From an uncultured archaeon (GTDB lineage: Archaea; Halobacteriota; Archaeoglobi; Archaeoglobales; Archaeoglobaceae), in assembly GCA_964392755.1 (NCBI GenBank), contig CAYMRE010000001.1, positions 1 through 51,809 of the forward strand: DNA of 51,809 nucleotides, read 5' to 3'. The translations under genes were made by a program, and so were the position numbers. Positions 30,656-40,428 of this stretch are shown here, in pieces (the stretch's first letter is position 1; the number at the start of each line of letters is the position of its first letter). Below the pieces are notes generated by a model. That model saw only the letters and a list, made by a program, of their open reading frames with translations, was not told the origin of the DNA and made no database searches.

Positions 30656-31389
30656 TCTGCTTCGATACGTGGTGCGAGTATGTATTCCACCTTCAACTTA
30701 CCATCCGCAACGTCAAATACCAACCTGACGGGGTAATCGTCTCCCAAGTATATCGTAAGTATGTCTCCACTTCCCGCAATCTTTATGAACTCCTTCAGAT
30801 ACTCTATGCTGAACATCGACCTGGCTTTCTCTTTGTTGAATTCTATAAGCTCCATCTCCCCCATGTGAAATACTATCCTGTCTATGTCTCCCTTAGCTTC
30901 GATGTAGAAGCCCGTTTCATCCGTTCTAAAGACTACGTGATCCGCTATCTTATCTGCAGCTTGAATAGCCTTCTTAAACTCTCCTGCATCCAAGACAACC
31001 TTCGCTGGAAGCTCCAATTCGGGAATCTTTGGTTCCTTTCTTATCGCTGAAGGGTCTATCAAGGCAACGCTGTACTCTACGCTTCCAAACTTTATCTTCA
31101 GAGTGCTCTCATCTTCAACCTTCAACTCAACAAGTTCCTTCTTCTTCACGGTCTTCAGAATATCGTTTACCCTGTTTACATCGACACCAATCGTCTTTTC
31201 CTCATCTATCGTGTAAACGTCAAACGACTCCCTCGGAATGTCGACAATTACCATTGCGACGTTTGCGGGATCAACAGCCCTTGAGTGCAAACCTTCCTCT
31301 TTAAAGTGAAATCTAGCCTCACTAACCAAGGAGACTATAGCCTTTACAGCAGTCTTTATAACCTCACCGTTTATTATGGCGTTGATCAT
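30652..31389 (-). CDS. pcn: DNA polymerase sliding clamp PCNA
   Basis: AVDPANVAM, SMFSIEYL, DYPV, LAPRIE. Confidence 0.97.
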   Translation of the reverse strand: MINAIINGEVIKTAVKAIVSLVSEARFHFKEEGLHSRAVDPANVAMVIVDIPRESFDVYTIDEEKTIGVDVNRVNDILKTVKKKELVELKVEDESTLKIKFGSVEYSVALIDPSAIRKEPKIPELELPAKVVLDAGEFKKAIQAADKIADHVVFRTDETGFYIEAKGDIDRIVFHMGEMELIEFNKEKARSMFSIEYLKEFIKIAGSGDILTIYLGDDYPVRLVFDVADGKLKVEYILAPRIEAE

Positions 31390-31424
31390 AGCTTTAGGTT
31401 TTATCGAATTAATTTAAATCTTTC

Positions 31425-31619
31425 TTAAATCCACCAGATCCAGATTCCGTTTGCTGCTTCGATCTTTCTTCCCTTTATCTTTCCTTCTATAGCCAACTTT
31501 TGGAGTCTTCTCAGGACAACCCTTCTATCGACACCGATTTTTTCGGCAATTTCAGAAGTTACGAGAGGTACACCCTCAACCTTTAAAACTTCCAAAATCT
31601 TTGACTCTAAGTCTTCCAT
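31425..31619 (-). CDS. Small winged-HTH protein
   Basis: TSEIAEKIGVDRRVVLRRLQKL helix-turn-helix, aromatic C-terminus. Confidence 0.75.
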   Translation of the reverse strand: MEDLESKILEVLKVEGVPLVTSEIAEKIGVDRRVVLRRLQKLAIEGKIKGRKIEAANGIWIWWI

Positions 31620-31681
31620 GTTTCGAAGTTACGAACTGTAAAATAAAAGAGTTTCGATAACGTCATTAAATAGGCTATCGA

Positions 31682-32518
31682 TCACGTAGTTAAGAGAAAT
31701 GTCAAAAGCAAAATCGAGCTTATAATTGCGTTGACTTTGAAGAAAGCCGTCTCTATATCTCCTCTTCTAACTGCCAAGTGCTCGTACAGAAGTAGTAGAC
31801 CAATCACAACAGCACCAACAACTGCAATCTTACTCCACATCACTGCGGAGAAAAGCACCAAAACGAAGAAGATAGCATGGTTTAGAGCGGACAATCTTAA
31901 AGCGAAGTTTTTACCAAAATGTGCACCTATTGAGTGCAGTCCGTACTTTCTATCGAACTCCAAGTCTTGAAGCGCGTAGATTATATCGAATCCAGCGACC
32001 CAGAATATTACCGCTAAGCTCAGTAGTAAGATTATCTTATCAAAAAATATGGAATTCGTGACCGCAACCCATCCACCTAAGGGAGCGAAAGCCAAGTTTA
32101 AACCGAGAACGTAGTGACATAAGCAGGTGAATCTTTTAAGATACGGGTAGATGTAGGCTACTATTATAGGGATAGGTGACAGCTTGAATGCGGTTTCGTT
32201 TATGAGATAAGCCGAAGCTTCGTAAACTATCAAAGCGATCAACAGGATTGCATAAGCTTCTCTCAAACTCATCCTCCCGGATGGCAGATGCCTGTTAGCG
32301 GTTCTCGGATTCAAAGCATCGATTTCCCTGTCGATTATCCTGTTTAAAGTCATAGCCAATGTTCTCATTCCGGTGAAAGCCAAAGCAATCAGTATGAACA
32401 GCTTTAATCCAAACCAACCTCTCTGAGCTATAAAAGCTCCCAAGTATGCGAACGGTAGTGCAAATAGAGTGTGTTCTATCTTTACAAAATCGGCGTAATC
32501 TCTAAGCTTTCCCATCAT
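31682..32518 (-). CDS. UbiA-family prenyltransferase (MqnP-like)
   Basis: KIEHTLFALPF, NRIIDREID..NPRT..R, GFDIIYALQD. Confidence 0.88.
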   Translation of the reverse strand: MMGKLRDYADFVKIEHTLFALPFAYLGAFIAQRGWFGLKLFILIALAFTGMRTLAMTLNRIIDREIDALNPRTANRHLPSGRMSLREAYAILLIALIVYEASAYLINETAFKLSPIPIIVAYIYPYLKRFTCLCHYVLGLNLAFAPLGGWVAVTNSIFFDKIILLLSLAVIFWVAGFDIIYALQDLEFDRKYGLHSIGAHFGKNFALRLSALNHAIFFVLVLFSAVMWSKIAVVGAVVIGLLLLYEHLAVRRGDIETAFFKVNAIISSILLLTFLLTT

Positions 32519-33074
32519 ACTTGACGATACTTAGAAGGTCTTTTAAATTTCTCAAAACGAAGTCAGCACTTGCGCAGTTTCTTCGGACTATTGCCGTTTT
32601 AATCCCAGCTCTCTTCCCAGTTAGTACATCGAACTCGTGATCTCCAACTATTAGGCAATCGTCCCTTCTGAAGCCGTATTTTTCAATAAGTCTGATTACA
32701 TGGTAAGGTGAAGGTTTGAAGTGTCCCATGTCTCTCGTTATAACTTCGTCAAATCTCAATCCAAACCTCCTGCAAACTATCTCAACAGATTCCGAGCAGT
32801 TTCTTGTTATAATCACCTTCACTATTCCAAGATTTTCGAGTTTCTTTAGAACTTCACTGGCGTGAGGCATTAAATTTGCCCTCTCTGCGTGTTCTATTTC
32901 AAACCTCTTCAGGATTTCCATCTTTAACGGATCGTGCAGGATATTTTCAAGCACGGGACTTCCGACCTTCAAAATGGACTTAATCCTTTCAAAATCCATC
33001 GGTTCTATAAGAGTTCCATCCAGATCGAAGAATACGAGCTTAGGAAACGTAACTCTCGTCATCTTCAAATCCAT
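32502..33074 (-). CDS. HAD-superfamily hydrolase
   Basis: FDLDGTL, TRN, KPSP, VGD..D. Confidence 0.88.
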   Translation of the reverse strand: MDLKMTRVTFPKLVFFDLDGTLIEPMDFERIKSILKVGSPVLENILHDPLKMEILKRFEIEHAERANLMPHASEVLKKLENLGIVKVIITRNCSESVEIVCRRFGLRFDEVITRDMGHFKPSPYHVIRLIEKYGFRRDDCLIVGDHEFDVLTGKRAGIKTAIVRRNCASADFVLRNLKDLLSIVKYDGKA

Positions 33075-33309
33075 AAATTAGATCGCTGAGCATCTTACTT
33101 GCCAATCCTAAAAGCAACTTGTCATCTTCTACAAGCTCCCTTATTATCATTAGAGCCGTAGCCTCCCTCAACTCGTGACTCTTCAAATCTTCGAGGAGCT
33201 TGAAGAGCTTGTTTGAAAGCTTGTATATCTCTGCGAGCTTGACCTCATCTTCAGCGTCCAATTCTTCTTCGTCTTCTTCGAATATCACCATATCATCGAA
33301 ATCTTCCAT
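33040..33309 (-). CDS. Hypothetical acidic protein
   Basis: 89-aa ORF with ATG, overlapping the HAD gene; no motif recognised. Confidence 0.65.
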   Translation of the reverse strand: MEDFDDMVIFEEDEEELDAEDEVKLAEIYKLSNKLFKLLEDLKSHELREATALMIIRELVEDDKLLLGLASKMLSDLIYGFEDDESYVS

Positions 33310-33388
33310 AAGCTTGGAGGTGTGAACAATCGTTTTAAACCTTTTGGTATCGAAAGAGTTTTAATAAGAGAGCTAAAGTATGTCCCAA

Positions 33389-33461
33389 GCCACGGTAGCT
33401 CAGCTGGCAGAGCGTTGCCTTGGTAAGGCAAAGGTCCCGGGTTCAAATCCCGGCCGTGGCT
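33389..33461 (+). tRNA. tRNA-Thr (anticodon GGT)
   Basis: GCCACGG/CCGTGGC acceptor stem, TTGCC-TTGGTAA-GGCAA anticodon arm, TTCAAAT T-loop. Confidence 0.96.
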
Positions 33462-33563
33462 CTTACGTTTTTCACCTCTCTAAGCAATCAAATCTTTTTC
33501 ACAACAGTTGATTCAGGCTTCTTTGCTTTTCTTTCCAGTTACCGCCTTAAAAGTGAAAAATAT

Positions 33564-34382
33564 TTAAGATTTCTTCACCTTGATTTCGTTCGCAAACCAC
33601 ACAACCCTCTGCGGGAATGGAATCGTAATTCCGCTCCTCTCAAGCTCAACCTTTATCCTCCACAACACCCTCTTCTTTACATCGTACCACTCGCTCGCTG
33701 GCGCCCAAAACCTTACAATTATGTTTACGGAACTGTCGCCTAAGCTGTCTACAAAAACATCTGGACTCGGTTCTTTCAAAGCGAACGGTTCTTTTTCGAG
33801 AACACCTTCTATAATCTTCACGGCTTTGTCAGCATCGTCACTGTAACTTATCCCAATTACGTACTCAACCCTCCTTGCAACATTCGCAACGTAGTTGATA
33901 ATGTTTGATGTGAACATCTTCTCGTTCGGAATTCTTACGTACAAGCCGTCAAAAGTCCTAACGACTGTTGACATCACGTGTATATCCTCAACAATCCCGG
34001 CAACTTCATCAACCTTTATTGCATCACCTATCTTTATCGGTCTTTCCCAAAGTAAAAACAACCCAGAAACGAAATTTGAAACTACGCTCTGACTGGCAAA
34101 ACCAATGACTATACCAGCAATACCTCCAGCCACCAAAAGACCAGAGAGATTCAATCCTAAGAGAGGTGTGACTCCAAGAAAGGCAACTACGATTATACCG
34201 TAGTATACGACCTTCGCTACTATTTCAAGCTGATCCCTTCTAACTTTGTCAGCTAAAGCTCTCCTAACGTTCATTGTAACGACTCTAGCTATCAAAACTG
34301 CGATTAACATCACTACTACAACCGTCAGTGCATCTCCGACTGTCACTCCTTCGTAAACCTCGTAACCTAAGACGTCTAACAT
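33564..34382 (-). CDS. Small-conductance mechanosensitive channel (MscS family)
   Basis: GIVIGFASQ..SNFVSG, ERPIKIGD, IPNE, IPFPQR. Confidence 0.93.
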   Translation of the reverse strand: MLDVLGYEVYEGVTVGDALTVVVVMLIAVLIARVVTMNVRRALADKVRRDQLEIVAKVVYYGIIVVAFLGVTPLLGLNLSGLLVAGGIAGIVIGFASQSVVSNFVSGLFLLWERPIKIGDAIKVDEVAGIVEDIHVMSTVVRTFDGLYVRIPNEKMFTSNIINYVANVARRVEYVIGISYSDDADKAVKIIEGVLEKEPFALKEPSPDVFVDSLGDSSVNIIVRFWAPASEWYDVKKRVLWRIKVELERSGITIPFPQRVVWFANEIKVKKS

Positions 34383-35077
34383 AACCCCCACTCCATCACA
34401 AAACTCCTCCTCAACACCTGCAACTTCTTAGCAACGTAGATTTCTACGGCTTTTTTCATGTTGTAGTTACCATCTAAAAACTGCGTTTCCGCAACGCCTC
34501 TCGACGTTATGTTCATAACAGCTTTGGAAATTACTTTCGAATCGTCGTAGTATATCTTCATACTGTAAACATCCAAAACTATCCTTCCTACTTCAACCCA
34601 GCTGTCTGATGAGTTCGAAATCTCGAGTTCTACAATGCCCTCCCTGAGGCAATCGAGCTTTGGTGGTGAACCGTAAACGCCACTTAACCAGTATCTGCAT
34701 ATGACACCCCTTCCCGGGGTTCCGTAAAGTGTGTACTTCAAACTGTTAAGTGTAAAAACGTCGAGTACATTCAGACTTTTATTGACGACGAACACACCAA
34801 TCTCAATAGGAAACGTTACGTAGATAGTCAATCTCGATTTCGGCTCTACTACAATCTTTTCTTTAAACTCAATTTCTATTAAGCTTGTAATATTCTTCGG
34901 TAGATTTACAGGCTCCACCGGATTCAAAACGATCTTACCAAAACCCGTAATCCTTTTTGTCACTAAATCCCCTTTACATACTCTCTTATAAACGTAGAAG
35001 TTACCATCATGCTCAATCGATAAGCAGAAATCATCATTCTCAAGCTTTAGCTCTCCTAAGGCGTATTCTCCGTACAC
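34376..35077 (-). CDS. DUF432-family protein
   Basis: PVEPVNLP, FPIEIGV, KYTLYG..GVICRY; overlaps the MscS gene. Confidence 0.8.
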   Translation of the reverse strand: MYGEYALGELKLENDDFCLSIEHDGNFYVYKRVCKGDLVTKRITGFGKIVLNPVEPVNLPKNITSLIEIEFKEKIVVEPKSRLTIYVTFPIEIGVFVVNKSLNVLDVFTLNSLKYTLYGTPGRGVICRYWLSGVYGSPPKLDCLREGIVELEISNSSDSWVEVGRIVLDVYSMKIYYDDSKVISKAVMNITSRGVAETQFLDGNYNMKKAVEIYVAKKLQVLRRSFVMEWGLC

Positions 35078-35119
35078 TCACTTAGATAAGTTCATATACA
35101 TTTAAACGTTTTGAAATAG

Positions 35120-36259
35120 GTGAAAGTTGAATTTGATAGTTTCAAATCCGCTTGGAAAGTCACGTTTCCAGCACTCTTACTTTGCTTAATTTTCGATTTC
35201 GTAGGAGGAACTTTTCTCGGTGGTTACTTTGAAAAGTTGATGGTAAGCTACCCGATAATTCTCGTAGTCTTACCGGGAATAATGGGTTTAAGGGGGAACA
35301 TATACGGCGCTTTAGCTTCGAGATTCACAACTTCTCTCTTCTTAGGTGAAATGAAACCGAGTTTGAGAGATAGAAAAGTCTTTGAAGGCTTGGTTTTGGG
35401 GATAACTCTCTCCCTTCTACCTGTTATTCTTCTGTGGTTTGTTGGATTCGTTAAAGTTGGAAAAAATGCTTTGGAAGTTTTGGCAATCTTGCTGTCTTCA
35501 ACAATCTTTGTAAGCATACTGCTTAGTTACGCAACTGCGGTAGTTTCGGTAATTCCCTTCAGAAAGGGTGTTGACCCAGATGCGGTTGCTTCACCACTTA
35601 TAACATCCATTGCTGACCTTTTAACGATACCGATGTTAATAGCCTTCATAATTTTCTTTGAAGTTGATAGGTATTTGTTTTACGTCGTCTTAATAGCCTT
35701 GATTTTTACGTTCCTCTTATTTCTTCTAAAATTCAAGCTTGATAGGAGGGTGTTCTTTGAAATGTCGATCATACTCGTCACACTTGCAGTTATAGAGGGT
35801 GTATCGGGTGGCATACTTGAAAGCTACAGTGAATACATCTACAGGACTTTTATACTGAGTGTAATCTATCCCGCCATTCTCGACAGTTTGGGAAATTACG
35901 GCTGTGTAATTGGCTCGAAGACATCAACAAGGCTTCACTTGGGTGAAATAGACAAGTTATTTGACATGAGATCCGCCAATGACATAGCTTCACTGCTTTC
36001 AACGTCGATTCCTCTCTCTTTAATCATGTACTCCTTGGGATACGTAATTTCCATAAGTCTGGGAAAGTCGGCAAGTATAAACTACGAGTTCTTCTTGCTC
36101 TATCCGATCGTAGCATTCGGAGTTATGCTCTTGGGATACCTTTTAGCCTTTGTGTCTTACAGATTCGGTCTGGATCCAGATAACGTAACGGTACCTACAA
36201 TAACAACGCTTGCCGACCTCATAGGAACATCTTTTACGGTTTTTGTAGCTCTCTGGTAA
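35120..36259 (+). CDS. MgtE-family divalent cation transporter (two membrane repeats)
   Basis: GLRGN, DPDAVASPLITSIAD, GLDPDNVTVPTITTLAD. Confidence 0.88.
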   Translation: MKVEFDSFKSAWKVTFPALLLCLIFDFVGGTFLGGYFEKLMVSYPIILVVLPGIMGLRGNIYGALASRFTTSLFLGEMKPSLRDRKVFEGLVLGITLSLLPVILLWFVGFVKVGKNALEVLAILLSSTIFVSILLSYATAVVSVIPFRKGVDPDAVASPLITSIADLLTIPMLIAFIIFFEVDRYLFYVVLIALIFTFLLFLLKFKLDRRVFFEMSIILVTLAVIEGVSGGILESYSEYIYRTFILSVIYPAILDSLGNYGCVIGSKTSTRLHLGEIDKLFDMRSANDIASLLSTSIPLSLIMYSLGYVISISLGKSASINYEFFLLYPIVAFGVMLLGYLLAFVSYRFGLDPDNVTVPTITTLADLIGTSFTVFVALW

Positions 36260-36290
36260 AGTTTTTATCACACCGCATCGATCTCAAGTC

Positions 36291-36458
36291 ATGAAAGTTA
36301 CCCTACATGTCGATGGAAAGAGAATACCGATGAACAAGTTCGTGCAGTCCATAGTGAAGGACGTTAACCTGGCAATAATTTCCAATCTGAAGGGGGTTGG
36401 GGAATGGAACGTTATAGAGATAAGGATAGAAAGATCATCAGAAAACTCAGAGAAATAG
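36291..36458 (+). CDS. 55-aa small protein resembling the MobB C-terminal domain
   Basis: Manual translation MKVTLHVDGKRIPMNKFVQSIVKDVNLAIISNLKGVGEWNVIEIRIERSSENSEK*; TATA-like TTTTTATC upstream; below the ORF-track cutoff. Confidence 0.7.
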   Translation: MKVTLHVDGKRIPMNKFVQSIVKDVNLAIISNLKGVGEWNVIEIRIERSSENSEK

Positions 36459-37501
36459 AAATTCACGAGTACAAATCGGGCTTGAGTGTTGAAGAGGCTG
36501 AAAAGATTTACGGAGTTAAGGCGGTTAAGCTCGCATCGAACGAAAATCCGTACGGTCCAACTCCAAAAGTTTACGAAGTCTTAAGGAATTTCAGCTTTCT
36601 TAACGTTTATCCCAAGGAGATTCCCGAGCTTAAACGTGCTTTAGCTGATTACTTAGGCGTTGAAGAGAGCAGAATTGTTTTGGGCGCTGGTAGCGATGGA
36701 GTCATGGAATCCCTTTTCAAAATGTTCGTCGATAGGGGTGATGAGGTAATAGTACCCATTCCAACATTCTCGTACTATCACACACTCGCAAGTGTTTACT
36801 CTGCTAAGGTCATAAACGTCGGGAGGAGAGATGATTTTAGAATAGATGTGGATGCAATCTTGAACGCTGTAAGTGATAGAACTAAACTGATAATCATCTG
36901 TTCCCCAAACAATCCAACGGGAAACGCTGAAAGTTTCGAGGATGTAAAAGCTGTTGTTGAAAGCGTGGACTGTGCTGTTTTCATAGATGAAGCTTATGCG
37001 GAATTTGCCGAGGAAAACTTACTGAAGCTTTCGGATTGTGAGAACGTCATAATTTCGAGGACATTCTCAAAAGCGTTCGGATTAGCCAATTTGAGAATAG
37101 GCTACGCTGTGATGGACGAAGAACTCGTCAAATACTACAAAGCTGTAAGTCCTCCCTTTCCAGTTTCTACACTTGCCCAGCTATGTGCTCTGCAGTGTTT
37201 GAGAGATTTGGATTACGTGAAAGGTTGTGTTGAAAAGATCAAGGTTGAAAGGGAGAGGTTGTTCAGAGAACTCAAAAGGAGAGGAATTGCAGTTTTTCCA
37301 TCCCAAGCAAACTTCCTATTCATGAAATCTCCAATCAAAGCGAGCGAATTCGTCTTAGAGCTTATCAAGAGGGGTGTTATAGTCAGAGACTGCTCGAACT
37401 TTTTGGGTTGCGACGAATTCAGTGTTAGGGTGAGCGTTGGAAAGCCGGATGAGAACGATAAATTTTTGCAAGCTTTAGACGATTTACTGGCAAACCTTTA
37501 G
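36404..37501 (+). CDS. hisC: Histidinol-phosphate aminotransferase
   Basis: KLASNENP, SPNNPTG, IDEAY, RTFSKAFGLANLRIGY. Confidence 0.92.
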   Translation: MERYRDKDRKIIRKLREIEIHEYKSGLSVEEAEKIYGVKAVKLASNENPYGPTPKVYEVLRNFSFLNVYPKEIPELKRALADYLGVEESRIVLGAGSDGVMESLFKMFVDRGDEVIVPIPTFSYYHTLASVYSAKVINVGRRDDFRIDVDAILNAVSDRTKLIIICSPNNPTGNAESFEDVKAVVESVDCAVFIDEAYAEFAEENLLKLSDCENVIISRTFSKAFGLANLRIGYAVMDEELVKYYKAVSPPFPVSTLAQLCALQCLRDLDYVKGCVEKIKVERERLFRELKRRGIAVFPSQANFLFMKSPIKASEFVLELIKRGVIVRDCSNFLGCDEFSVRVSVGKPDENDKFLQALDDLLANL

Positions 37502-38014
37502 AACTCCTTCCCCTCTACCAACAAACCTCTTTAAACCCTCCTCCATGCTGAATTCGACTTGATAGTAGATCGAAACGTTCTTCGAGTTCAACCCCATTAC
37601 GAGAAACTCAAGTGTAACCGTACCTTCCCCTTGAATTCCCAAGTCTTCGGATTCAAAAACACTTGAGAGTCCATCTCTACTTTGATGGTAACTCATAGAT
37701 TTCCAACCGAACGGAGGTGACAGCAGGTAAATTTCGGAAGGTGTATCGGGTGTGATTTTAATTTTGAGCGTTTTTACAATCGTTCCTTCCCTGTGCCAGA
37801 GACTGAATCTTACCTTTTCTCCGAATGAGTCAACGGTTAGATGTGCCAAATCCCTTTCCCCATCGTAAAACTCTAAAACGCTCCTCTGAATGACCGTGTG
37901 ATTTTGATATTTAACTTTCCAAGTTAGTTCTACGGGTTTGGTCGTGTAGAAAAGCACAATTCCGATCAAAACCGCACAAACAAATATTGCAACTGAAAAA
38001 TAAAGTCTTCTCAT
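37484..38014 (-). CDS. Hypothetical membrane-anchored/secreted protein
   Basis: N-terminal hydrophobic helix followed by a beta-rich domain. Confidence 0.7.
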   Translation of the reverse strand: MRRLYFSVAIFVCAVLIGIVLFYTTKPVELTWKVKYQNHTVIQRSVLEFYDGERDLAHLTVDSFGEKVRFSLWHREGTIVKTLKIKITPDTPSEIYLLSPPFGWKSMSYHQSRDGLSSVFESEDLGIQGEGTVTLEFLVMGLNSKNVSIYYQVEFSMEEGLKRFVGRGEGVLKVCQ

Positions 38015-38023
38015 AGTTATCCC

Positions 38024-38968
38024 TCAGTCGAAGTGCTTAGCGGAAACCTTAAGCTCTCCCATCTCCAAGCCGTAACCCAACCTCTCCCTTATTATTACGT
38101 AAGCCATCTCTGGTGGAATAGCACCTATTTCGGTCACGATGAGGTCGATGTAGTCCCTCGGAGTTACGTCAAAGGCAGGATTCCTCACTTTAACTCCCAA
38201 ATTCAGGATTTCTTCAGGGGCAACCTCTTTCGCATCTCTCTCCTCTATGACGACAAGTTCACCGAAGAGCGTGGCTGGACTGAACTTGTAAGTTTCTGCA
38301 CAAACCATAAACGGAACTCTCGACTCCTTAGCACACAATGCGATCTGAGATGTCCCTATCTTGTTTATCAAAGCTCCATTTACGGTAATGGTATCTGCAC
38401 CGACTATAACGCAATCTACATCCTTCATGAAGTAGCGAACGGCTGAATCGACTATCAACGTGGTTGGAATCCCCTCCTTTGCAAGCTCCTTAACCGTCAG
38501 ATGACCCTGATAACGTGGTCGGGATTCCGTGGCAATCACCTCTATGTTTTTACCCTGTCTGAAGGCGGTTTTTATCACCGCTAAAGCAGTTGAGGAGTTG
38601 CAGTGCGTTAAAATAGTCCAACCGTCTTTAATCCTCTTAGCTCCTATCTCCCCGATCTTCTGCTTGGCTGTATCGACCCACCTTATGAACTCTTCGGCTC
38701 TCATTATAGCATCTGTTCTCTTCTCCTCATCGTTCTCTCCCTTGTACATCATGATGTAGTTTATGGCGTTGAAGAGGCTGACAGCCGTTGGGCGTGTATT
38801 CATGAGGATTTCGCTCGCTTTTCTCATGTTTTCGTCAAAATTCTTCTCAACAGTCTTCGCAAATTCTTTTAAAGTTTCCGCAACAAACCTCGCTATCCTG
38901 CTCGCACCTCTGACCTCCATGTTGATTATCTTCTTTGCAGATTCTTCAACGAGCTTGAAGTTTGGCAT
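38024..38968 (-). CDS. Ribose-1,5-bisphosphate isomerase (eIF2B-like)
   Basis: MEVRGA, TRPTAVSL, THCNS, ESRP, VGAD, NKIGT, NPAFDVTP. Confidence 0.88.
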   Translation of the reverse strand: MPNFKLVEESAKKIINMEVRGASRIARFVAETLKEFAKTVEKNFDENMRKASEILMNTRPTAVSLFNAINYIMMYKGENDEEKRTDAIMRAEEFIRWVDTAKQKIGEIGAKRIKDGWTILTHCNSSTALAVIKTAFRQGKNIEVIATESRPRYQGHLTVKELAKEGIPTTLIVDSAVRYFMKDVDCVIVGADTITVNGALINKIGTSQIALCAKESRVPFMVCAETYKFSPATLFGELVVIEERDAKEVAPEEILNLGVKVRNPAFDVTPRDYIDLIVTEIGAIPPEMAYVIIRERLGYGLEMGELKVSAKHFD

Positions 38969-38969
38969 A

Positions 38970-40382
38970 TTAAACGAACTCCAAACACCTTTTAATCGCT
39001 ATCGGTATCTTCTCAAGCAAATCAACAGCTGTGAAATTGTAACCTTTTTCTTCGAAGCACAAGTCTCCAGCCAAGCCGTTCACAAATGCTGAGGCTGAAG
39101 CACTCCAAAAAGCATCGTTCAAAGCTAAAAACGCACCAGCAATTCCAGCTAAAACATCTCCAGTCCCTCCAACGGTCATACCGGCGTTTCCAGTTCTGTT
39201 GAACCTTACCCTTTCACCGTCGGTTATTACATCCTCCCTACCCTTGAGCAGAATCACGGAATTGGTCTCCTTAGCCACTTTCATGGCGTTCTCAAGTGTC
39301 GGTTCTCCAAATACCCTCTTAAACTCCCCTGCATGGGGAGTCATGATGCACTCGACATCCTCAGGAATATCTTTCGTTATAGCTGAGGCATCCAAAACAA
39401 CCTTTTCGACGTTCTCAAGCTTTAAAAACTCTTCAACGAAGTCCGTAAACTCGTCACTCCTTTCAACACCCATTCCCAAAACTGCAACGTGATGCTTCTT
39501 CATAAGCTCGTTTAAGCCGTTTAAGTCACTCAAATCGAGTTCTCTGACTATCAGGTTTGGTGAGAAGCTTGCAACGACGTTCTTAACGTCTTTGGGAACC
39601 AAAGTTGTAACCAAATCCGCTCCAGCGTAGTAGCATGCCAAAGACGTTAAAGCTACTGCTCCGGTGTATCCTATTCCTCCTATAACCGCAATCCTCCCGT
39701 GAACACCCTTATGTCCGCTTTCAAACCTCTTGTAAACTTTCTTAACATCCCCAACTCCAGCCAAATTCTCGAAGCTCTTTGGAATTCCGATATCCTTCAC
39801 AACAAGCTCTCCAACGACATCTTTAGCCTTCAAAAGTCCCGGTTTGGGCTTGTGGAAAGTTACCGTTAAATCGGCTTTTACGCAAAGCTCGAACTCGCCA
39901 GTATCGGGGTTCAAGCCAGTCGGGACGTCAACTGCAACCTTGAAGGCTTTTGATTCGTTTATAGCCTCAACTGCCTTAGCGTAAATCCCTCTCAGCCTTC
40001 CTCTAACACCGGTTCCGAGCATTCCATCGATGATAATGTCAGCTTCAAACTCTGGGATTTCATCTCTAATCTCGGTTATTTTGTAGCCTGCTTTTTTGAG
40101 AATCTCGAAGTTTCTTTTGGCAATGTCGGTCTTTATGTCCCTACTTCTGCCTAAGAGGAATACTTCCACATCAAAGTCCTTCAAAAACCTCGCACAGACA
40201 AAGGCATCTCCTCCGTTGTTTCCCAACCCAGCGAAAATTAACGCTTTGCAAGGCTCGAATCTCTTAACGATCTCCTCAGCCAGTCCTCTTCCAGCGTTCT
40301 CCATCAGCTGAAGCCTTGAGAGACCAAAGTATTCGCAGTTTATATCCAAAACAGCCATTTCTTCACTCGTTATCGTTTCCAT
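38970..40382 (-). CDS. nnr: Bifunctional NAD(P)H-hydrate epimerase/dehydratase
   Basis: LMENAG, GNNGGD, DVPTG, HKG, TPHAGEF, GGTGDVL; start at METITSEE. Confidence 0.93.
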   Translation of the reverse strand: METITSEEMAVLDINCEYFGLSRLQLMENAGRGLAEEIVKRFEPCKALIFAGLGNNGGDAFVCARFLKDFDVEVFLLGRSRDIKTDIAKRNFEILKKAGYKITEIRDEIPEFEADIIIDGMLGTGVRGRLRGIYAKAVEAINESKAFKVAVDVPTGLNPDTGEFELCVKADLTVTFHKPKPGLLKAKDVVGELVVKDIGIPKSFENLAGVGDVKKVYKRFESGHKGVHGRIAVIGGIGYTGAVALTSLACYYAGADLVTTLVPKDVKNVVASFSPNLIVRELDLSDLNGLNELMKKHHVAVLGMGVERSDEFTDFVEEFLKLENVEKVVLDASAITKDIPEDVECIMTPHAGEFKRVFGEPTLENAMKVAKETNSVILLKGREDVITDGERVRFNRTGNAGMTVGGTGDVLAGIAGAFLALNDAFWSASASAFVNGLAGDLCFEEKGYNFTAVDLLEKIPIAIKRCLEFV

Positions 40383-40428
40383 GTTCTTCGTAGAGCAACC
40401 ATTTTTAAAATGTTGATGATGTATCCCC

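Noticed and set aside
33389..33563. Integrated element at tRNA-Thr
   Set aside because: No duplicated tRNA 3' end or integrase seen in the window
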